DNA from: Desulfobacteraceae bacterium | GTDB lineage: Bacteria > Desulfobacterota > Desulfobacteria > Desulfobacterales > Desulfatirhabdiaceae | DNA length: 64,000 nt | Direction of reading: 5' to 3' | NCBI GenBank assembly: GCA_037439445.1 | Contig: JBBIWB010000011.1 | Coordinates: forward strand, 6,671 to 70,670 | Shown: one piece after another, positions 47,431 to 53,568 of the stretch | Layout: every line of letters starts with the position of its first letter | How positions within the stretch are numbered: the stretch's first letter is position 1 | Made by a program: the position numbers and the translations under genes | The notes under the pieces: generated by a model | What the model was told of the DNA's origin: nothing | The model's database searches: none | What the model saw: the letters and a program-made list of their open reading frames with translations, nothing else

Positions 47431-47763
47431 TCAGTGCTTTGATGCTCGCTTAGGGGAGAAAATCTTATCCCAAAGCCCCTTCTTTTTCGGCCCAGCAATT
47501 TTCAGGTGCCGGCAGATGGAATTTTCAATCCTGTCCTGTGAAATACCGGCACCTTCAACCACTATCTCATCAGCGACCATTACTGCAGGTGCAACAGGCA
47601 GATTCAGTTCAAAGTATTCATCATTCTGATATTCAGCGACTGGTTTGGACGTGATTTCGATATCTATATCCTTGTATCTTTTGCCCAGACCGGGCATCAT
47701 TTTCAGAAAATTCTTTCACGGCTTTCCATTAGGTTCATTCAGGAAAAATCTCACCTTCAGCAT
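47431..47763 (-). CDS. Small Trx-fold protein (redox-active disulfide protein 2 / Thioredoxin_3-like), candidate selenoprotein with in-frame TGA at codon 16
   Basis: The ATG at 47763 lies 6-7 nt after AAGGAG and 15 nt after the upstream gene's stop. Its frame reads MLKVRFFLNEPNGKP-TGA-KNFLKMMPGLGK... and is continuous with the 89-aa track ORF. The TGA (47716-47718) falls at the C-terminal Cys position of a Trx-fold CxxC site, and a hairpin lies downstream. Confidence 0.6.
47682..47696 (-). promoter_or_regulatory. SECIS-like stem-loop downstream of the in-frame UGA of the Trx-fold gene
   Basis: The mRNA reads U-GCCC-GGUCU-GGGC-A. The loop begins about 24 nt after the UGA. The GGUCU apical loop resembles the E. 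coli fdhF SECIS loop as I remember it. Confidence 0.45.
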
Positions 47764-47778
47764 TTTTTTCTCCTTTTT

Positions 47779-49530
47779 TTAGCTGCCTGTTTTCTTAAGC
47801 TCAGTCATACGGCCAATGAACTGATCCGGAGGGAGGTAATCCACCAGGCGCAGCTCCTGCTTTTCAATGCCGTCAGCATCCAAAAATACTATGGTTGGAA
47901 GGCCTTTGACTTGGTATTGCTGAAGCAGGCTGTCATTCAACGAATTCCCTCCGGTTGTGACATCAACTTTAATCATGACAAAGTCAGTATCAGCAAGCTT
48001 TACGACCATAGGATCGTGAAAAGTTACTTCTTCGATCTCAACGCATGCTGCGCACCATGAGGCATAGAAATCGATGATTACAGGCTTTTTAAGGTTTCTG
48101 GCCTCTTTAAGTGTTTCCTCTGAATAAGATTTCCAGTCAACTCCTTGTCCCTTCAAGGCCGATGATGTGATGATGACAGTGACCAAAACCAGACATGCTA
48201 TCCCTGCTGCGCCCTTAAGCAAGGGAAATGCCCTGAAGCTGGCACTGCTCTTGTCGATCCATCCAAGGTGTAAACCAGCAGCAAGTATGGCAAGGGCAAA
48301 CAGAAAGGTTCCAATGTGGCCGGGAAGAACTGGCCTTATGAAATGAACGGCCATTGCAACCAGAATCCAGCCCATGAGTTTTCTTACCCAGAGCATCCAA
48401 TCACCCGAGCGGGGCAGTTTTTTCAGTTGTCCGGAGAACAAGGCAAGGAAAAAGAGGGGCAGTCCCAGTCCAAGGCTCAGGGTAAAAAATATCACAAATC
48501 CGAGCCAGGGGCTTCCCATGCTTGCCACCCAGGTCAAAAGCCCCAGTACGAAAGGTCCGATGCAAGGGGCTGCTATCACTCCGAGGGTCAGCCCCATGAA
48601 GAGGCTTCCAAAGTAGCCAGTATATGATTTTGCAGCAGCCTGCGTAAGTCCGCTCGGAAGGTGCATTTCCCAAAACCCGAAGAGGCTTGTTGCAAAAAAG
48701 ACAAGAACCAACGCCACTACAATCAGGACAAAGGGATTCCGGAGCATCGATCCCATGAGGCCTCCTGTGAGCGAGGCTATTACCCCGAGTAAGGAGTTTG
48801 TAACCGAAAGACCCATAACGTAGCACAAACCGTGTGTTGCTAGCTTTCCATGTCCTTCTCCTTCCTTTGCAGCGTGGCCGCCGAAATAGGATATGGTAAT
48901 GGGAATAAGAGGGTAGATACAGGGGGTGAGGTTCAGGGCAATGCCGCCGACAAAAATACCAAGGAGTGTCAGGATCATTGCCCAGCCATAGAGCTGTCCA
49001 TATGCACTTGGAGATTCTATTGTCTTAGCCAGTCCTGCAGGAGTGCTGTCAACCGGCAGTCCCAGACTCTGCCATTCAGGAAAGCCGTATGGATCACGGT
49101 AGACGTTTTTATATCCGAGTTTTACAGCCACACGGGCTGCCGAGTCGCTGCGGGCTCAACTGAGACCCGCTCAATAGAAGATGACTGTGCGCTCCTTGTC
49201 CTGTCCCAGGATATTTTCAAGTGCCGAAGCCTTGTGCCATCTCGACCAGCCTGTTGGCTCCATGGGAAAGTTTACCGCACCCCTGATATGCCCTGTCCGG
49301 TATTCCCATTCCTGGCGGGTGTCCACCAGAAGAAGGCTGTCTGCATCTTTTTTATGGAGCTCCATGAGAGCTTCTGTGGTGATAATAGCATAGCCCCCGT
49401 TTTTGCCTTCGGTTAAAACATCGTCCCATGTGGATTGTCTGGGTGTAACTGCGCGATTTGTTAGCCACAGAGCTCCAACCGTCAGAAATATTGCCGCAAT
49501 AGCTATCAATGTCGTTTTTCTGTTCTGCAT
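47779..49530 (-). CDS. Signal-anchored rhodanese :: DsbD/CcdA transmembrane domain :: thioredoxin fusion, candidate selenoprotein with two in-frame TGA codons in the rhodanese active-site loop
   Basis: Track ORFs 49171..49530 and 47779..49131 are in the same frame and are separated only by TGA (49171-49173) and TGA (49156-49158). Read-through gives ...ERTVIFY-U-AGLS-U-ARSDSAARVAVKLGYKNVYRDPYGFPEW, a complete rhodanese domain. This is followed by 8 TM helices with LNLTPCIYP and IAAPCIGP, then FYASWCAAC. Confidence 0.6.
49125..49170 (-). promoter_or_regulatory. Stem-loops downstream of the rhodanese in-frame UGA codons (SECIS candidates)
   Basis: The mRNA hairpin GCGGG(U)CUC-AGUU-GAG-CCCGC (49150-49170) starts right after UGA-1 and contains UGA-2. 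A second hairpin, CAGCC-CGUGU-GGCUG (49125-49139), has its loop 21 nt after UGA-2 and 36 nt after UGA-1. Confidence 0.4.
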
Positions 49531-49566
49531 TATAAATCCTGTCCTGTCAAAAAAACTGTTCAGGTT

Positions 49567-49827
49567 CTATACTTTTCCTTCACGACTCAGTTTTGAAAGG
49601 AGAAACGTTGTCCCCCTCAGAGAAAGCCCTGTCTTTTCTGCGAGCTCTCCCGGATTGAGATGGCCGTGTTTTCTTAAGAGTGATATGAATTCATCTTCTA
49701 TTCCCCACAGAAACTCAGAACGCGTCTGATCACCCAGAGTCAGGAATAGCGTTTTCAATGCCATGGATATTTCATTAAGCGCTTCTTCAGGGTCCATGCT
49801 TCCAATTATTTTCTGAATCTCTTCCAT
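49567..49827 (-). CDS. Small hypothetical protein with HTH-like C-terminus
   Basis: 86 aa. The segment HLNPGELAEKTGLSLRGTTFLLSKLSREGKV looks like the HTH of ArsR/MarR-type winged-helix proteins, but the protein ends before a wing. Confidence 0.4.
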   Translation of the reverse strand: MEEIQKIIGSMDPEEALNEISMALKTLFLTLGDQTRSEFLWGIEDEFISLLRKHGHLNPGELAEKTGLSLRGTTFLLSKLSREGKV

Positions 49828-49851
49828 GCGGTTCAGAACCCTCTCTTATTC

Positions 49852-50184
49852 TCAAAAAGTTTTTCTTGCATTTAACAGGTCTGTTGCCATGGTGTTCAAC
49901 GTTTTAACTACATCAAGAATTCTATGATCTACCAATTCATAATAGATGAAGGGGCCATTTCGTTCAATATTCACCAGGAGTGAACGCTTGAGTTCCTTCA
50001 GGTGATGAGAAACAAGAGGCTGAGAGAGGCCGAGCTCCTCAACTATGCCTGAAACGGATTTCTTGCCGTTGCTCACACACAGTATTATCCTCAAGCGATT
50101 TTCATCAGAAAGGCTTTTTGCCAGAAAAGCAACTTTCTGAAAATGCTCATTGCACATCACCATTTCCTCCTGCTCAAAAAGCAT
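49852..50184 (-). CDS. ArsR/SmtB-family transcriptional regulator
   Basis: The pattern LSDENRLRIILCV...KSVSGIVEELGLSQPLVSHHLKELK...LV is the classic ArsR HTH. Confidence 0.85.
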   Translation of the reverse strand: MLFEQEEMVMCNEHFQKVAFLAKSLSDENRLRIILCVSNGKKSVSGIVEELGLSQPLVSHHLKELKRSLLVNIERNGPFIYYELVDHRILDVVKTLNTMATDLLNARKTF

Positions 50185-50261
50185 TCATCGCTCATTCCTG
50201 TTAAATCAATGCGGTTAAAGGCTTTACTCTGGATATTTTTCAGAAGGCATTCATCCAATAA

Positions 50262-50301
50262 ATGAAATAATATATTAATGAATATTTATATGTTATTTCA
50301 T
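50262..50301. promoter_or_regulatory. AT-rich inverted repeat upstream of the ArsR-led operon (candidate operator)
   Basis: ATGAAATAA (50262-50270) and TTATTTCAT (50293-50301) are perfect reverse complements. The spacer contains AATAT...ATATT symmetry. The repeat lies about 80-115 nt upstream of the ArsR start. Confidence 0.3.
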
Positions 50302-50532
50302 CGAATGTCAAGAAAAAATTGATGAACTGTAACAAGTCAGGAATTCAACAGCATCGCCTGCTGCTGCTACTTACCAGGCCGGCACTTCCCCATCCTGGAG
50401 AAACGACTTCTCTGACGGTCGTATTTTACTTATTGATCTTCTTGTTAAAGACTTTTTTTGTCACTAATTCCTGGTCTGTCCCCTCATCTTTTTTATATGG
50501 AGATCTGGGGCCTGAATCATTCTGCATTTTTT

Positions 50533-51183
50533 TCATAGGCTTTTCTGCAATGCCTTTGCAAAAGCAAGTGAGAGATCAGTGCTTGGATTATTTGACATGT
50601 ATTCTTTCAGGCCTGTTATATCGTCAATATCTGACATCTCAGGAAGGCATCCGTAATCTATACCCAGAAAGCTGGCTGTTCTTACAGTTTCTGTAAACAC
50701 TGTATCAGTACCCCAGGCAATGCCTTCAAACAGCTCGGGGTGAAACACGGACAAACCGACGAGATAGTATCCACCGTCAGAGGAAGGACCGAGCACAAGT
50801 TCAAAGTGTCCAAGAAGATCAAAAGCCTGTAATATGTCTGAAGATGAAATACCAGGACAATCCGTCCCTGTTAAGCATATCCTTGTGTATCCGCGGGCAA
50901 ATTCAGATTTAAAAGCCGCCGAAATTCTCTTGCCGAGATCCCCTTCCGGTTGATTCCTAATAACTGCAGAAGGCAGTATTGCCTCGAAGAACGCCAAGCT
51001 GCTTTCAGGTGTCTTGTATATAACAATATCGTAATGAGGCCAAGTCACCCCATCTATAACGTGATGAAGGATTAGATCATAGAGCAAGGCTGCTTTCTGA
51101 AAGCCGACATCTTTTGCAAGCCTTGTCTTAACCAGCCCTGGAACAGGTTCTCTTGCAAAAATAAGGAGAAGATCATTTTTCAT
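50533..51183 (-). CDS. DUF2064 / TIGR04282-type nucleotidyl/glycosyl-transferase-like protein (rSAM/selenodomain- or arsenosugar-associated 'transferase 1')
   Basis: The N-terminus LLLIFAREPVPGLVKTRLAKDVG is the DUF2064 hallmark. 4-nt overlap with the upstream GT2 gene. Confidence 0.8.
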   Translation of the reverse strand: MKNDLLLIFAREPVPGLVKTRLAKDVGFQKAALLYDLILHHVIDGVTWPHYDIVIYKTPESSLAFFEAILPSAVIRNQPEGDLGKRISAAFKSEFARGYTRICLTGTDCPGISSSDILQAFDLLGHFELVLGPSSDGGYYLVGLSVFHPELFEGIAWGTDTVFTETVRTASFLGIDYGCLPEMSDIDDITGLKEYMSNNPSTDLSLAFAKALQKSL

Positions 51184-51869
51184 CTTATATCCCTGTAAAG
51201 TCCTGCAAGATAATCAGGTGATACACCCAGCCTGAACAAGGAAGGTATTGCCAGCATCAGCAAAGTTGCGGTTATGATTCCATGCTTAAAGCGCCTGTAG
51301 GAAACATCAACAGTCTGTCTGGAATAGTATATTTTACCGATCCCAGATATTTTTCTTGAAAACTCAAAATCTTCCATTATGGGTATTTCCGGAAAACCTC
51401 TAACAGATTCAAAGGCTCTTTTTTCCACAAAGATTGCCTGATCGCCGTACATGTTTTTTGCATAACTGGATCGCAAACTGGACAAAAAGGCAAAAAAACG
51501 CTCATGTCTTCCGAGAGTTTCATGTCTGCCGCATCTGATCCTGAATCCGCCTGCGACACAGCCACTTTCAATTGCCTTCTCGACCTCTTTTTTCCATCCC
51601 TCAGGAAGTTCAGCATCGGCATGCAGGAACAAAAGAACATCGCCTTTTGCAAAAGAAGCTCCAAAATTCATCTGGACTCCTCTGCCCTTACTTGGAGACT
51701 GCAGAAGCATCACGTCTCCATGAGCCTCTATGATGCAGGCAGTCCGGTCAGAGCTTCTGCAGTCAACAGCTATAACTTCGGTCTCGGGGTCTGTTACTGC
51801 CGCAAGACGTCTAAGCTGTTCTTCTATTATCTTTTCTTCGTTGTAAACTGGTATTATTATAGAGACCAT
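51180..51869 (-). CDS. GT2 glycosyltransferase, TIGR04283-type (rSAM/selenodomain- or arsenosugar-associated 'transferase 2')
   Basis: Contains VSIIIPVYNEE, VIAVDCRSSDRT and LFLHADAELP. Located immediately downstream of the radical SAM gene. Confidence 0.8.
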   Translation of the reverse strand: MVSIIIPVYNEEKIIEEQLRRLAAVTDPETEVIAVDCRSSDRTACIIEAHGDVMLLQSPSKGRGVQMNFGASFAKGDVLLFLHADAELPEGWKKEVEKAIESGCVAGGFRIRCGRHETLGRHERFFAFLSSLRSSYAKNMYGDQAIFVEKRAFESVRGFPEIPIMEDFEFSRKISGIGKIYYSRQTVDVSYRRFKHGIITATLLMLAIPSLFRLGVSPDYLAGLYRDIR

Positions 51870-51873
51870 CAAA

Positions 51874-52854
51874 CTATTCCAGCGATCCCTGGCATGACGA
51901 ACCAGTGCCTGCTGTACATCCGTAGCAATGGTTATGGAGCACTATAGGGCGGTTTCCAAGCTGTTTTAAGTCAAAATTTTCTATATGTCCGGAGGAGGAT
52001 ACTCTAAGACCAAGCATTTGGTTAAAATCGCAGTCATGTAAGGTTCCGTCCCAGGCCACCGAAACCGTTGTTCTGCACATCACGCTTTTAAGTGTATCGG
52101 GATTGAAAGCATCAGTTAATGTCTGCATGTATTCGTCATAATTGCCTGAAGCAAGAAGAAAATCAAGATATCTGCCAACTGGCATGTTGTTCAGGCAATA
52201 GAGTGTATTGAAATCAATGCCGTGAAATTTCCAGAGCCTTGTGCGGTAATCCTGCTCAAGGCTCTTCTGGGAAGCAGGCAGATACGCACCTACCGGGTTA
52301 TGAACGAGGTTGAATAGAAGTCCGGTTCCTGGCTTTGCGTATCCCATTGAGTTAAGCCTTTTGGCAACCCGGATAAATTTTCTGAAGAAACCAGCGCCTC
52401 GCTGGCGGTCGGCTCTTGACTCGTTGCAGTCCGGCAGAGAAGACACGATCTCAATGCCGTTATCAGCGTAGATATTGGCGTAATCAGCGTAATCTTCATC
52501 TTCAAGTATGACCAGGTTTGATCTCACAATCAGGCGGCGCCCCAGCTTTGCTGCCTCCTTAATGAAGACCTTGATACCGGAATTCATCTCAGGGGCTCCG
52601 CCTGTTATATCTATCGTGGTGATTGTTCTGTTTCCCCTTATAACTTCGAGACACAGTTCCAGAACGTCTCCTGGCATCATCTCTTTTCTCTCATTGCCTG
52701 CTTCGACATGGCAGTGTTTGCAGGATAGGTTGCAGCGCTTCCCGACATTTAACTGAAGTATTTCCACTCCTGATGCAAACATTGGCCCGTGCAGTTTTCT
52801 GTTGAAACTTGTATTATATTTTTCGAGCACGGCGAGTTGATAGTTGTCCTGCAT
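51874..52854 (-). CDS. Radical SAM / Cys-rich C-terminal domain protein (ArsS-type, TIGR04167-like)
   Basis: Radical SAM cluster motif GKRCNLSCKHCHVEAG. C-terminal Cys-rich tail NHCYGCTAGTGSSCQG. In some members of this family the tail Cys positions are selenocysteine (recalled family description). Confidence 0.85.
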   Translation of the reverse strand: MQDNYQLAVLEKYNTSFNRKLHGPMFASGVEILQLNVGKRCNLSCKHCHVEAGNERKEMMPGDVLELCLEVIRGNRTITTIDITGGAPEMNSGIKVFIKEAAKLGRRLIVRSNLVILEDEDYADYANIYADNGIEIVSSLPDCNESRADRQRGAGFFRKFIRVAKRLNSMGYAKPGTGLLFNLVHNPVGAYLPASQKSLEQDYRTRLWKFHGIDFNTLYCLNNMPVGRYLDFLLASGNYDEYMQTLTDAFNPDTLKSVMCRTTVSVAWDGTLHDCDFNQMLGLRVSSSGHIENFDLKQLGNRPIVLHNHCYGCTAGTGSSCQGSLE

Positions 52855-52855
52855 A

Positions 52856-53191
52856 TTACAAGGCCTTTTTCTTGATTATCTTTCTCATCTGTGTCGAGTG
52901 GGCGAGTGTAATGCCTGCCATCATGGCAGCACCAACATGCACGGCTTCCATCATTTCATCTTCTCCTATCCCAAGAGAAAGGCACTTGTTGGTATAGGCG
53001 TCGATACAGTAAGGACAGCTCTGTGTCATGGCAACGGCTATGGCTATAAGCGCCTTTTCGCGTTCGTTCAGCTTCCCTGCTGAAGTTGATGCCATGTAAT
53101 AATCGAAAAACTTATGTCCCTGTTCCTTGGCATATTCGGTTATGTTTGGAAAATCAGCAAGATCCCCGGGTTCATAATAATTTTGCTTCAT
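52856..53191 (-). CDS. Carboxymuconolactone decarboxylase (AhpD-like) family peroxidase-like protein
   Basis: 111 aa with the CMD-family redox motif QSCPYCIDAY. It abuts the radical SAM gene with a 1-nt gap. Confidence 0.85.
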   Translation of the reverse strand: MKQNYYEPGDLADFPNITEYAKEQGHKFFDYYMASTSAGKLNEREKALIAIAVAMTQSCPYCIDAYTNKCLSLGIGEDEMMEAVHVGAAMMAGITLAHSTQMRKIIKKKAL

Positions 53192-53568
53192 GTAAGGACT
53201 CCTAAAATTTAATTTCCGTAGTCAGCAAGGGTATATTAGCCGCTTTGGTTTGGGTTGGTTTACCGTTTAATGCAAAAAGACATGCCCAGCCCATACAGAG
53301 TTTCCCTGTGCTGTTGATCGATCCTTAAAAAAGGTGATTCGGCGCCATTAGACTGAGCACTGCATGGGAGTAAGGATTTTTTCAGCTATTTTTTTTCATT
53401 TCTTGTGCCAGTACAACCGAAAAAACAAAGATGACTCTCTTACAAATCTTTAAATCCTTGACTTTCGTAAAACCCTTCTGATAGATAATATACGAGAAGA
53501 GAAGAAGTCAATGAAAATAAAACGTTGTAATCAGGGGAAATTAACGCTTTGTTTTTAACAAAGCCATC

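Noticed and set aside
49156-49173. The alternative reading that the two TGA codons mark a decayed (pseudogenised) rhodanese-DsbD gene, or two genuinely separate genes.
   Set aside because: This is not fully excluded, since TGY-to-TGA is a single substitution. It is disfavoured for several reasons. Both stops are TGA, and the first is at the catalytic-Cys position. The frame is otherwise intact for 583 codons. The downstream ORF has no RBS or ATG of its own. Hairpins follow the codons. A third TGA with the same properties occurs in the next gene.
50319-50696. A 125-aa plus-strand ORF in the gap upstream of ArsR that runs into the DUF2064 gene.
   Set aside because: It is partly antisense to a well-supported gene, is Leu/Phe/Ser-rich, has no RBS and matches no recognisable family. 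The region is better explained as promoter/operator DNA.
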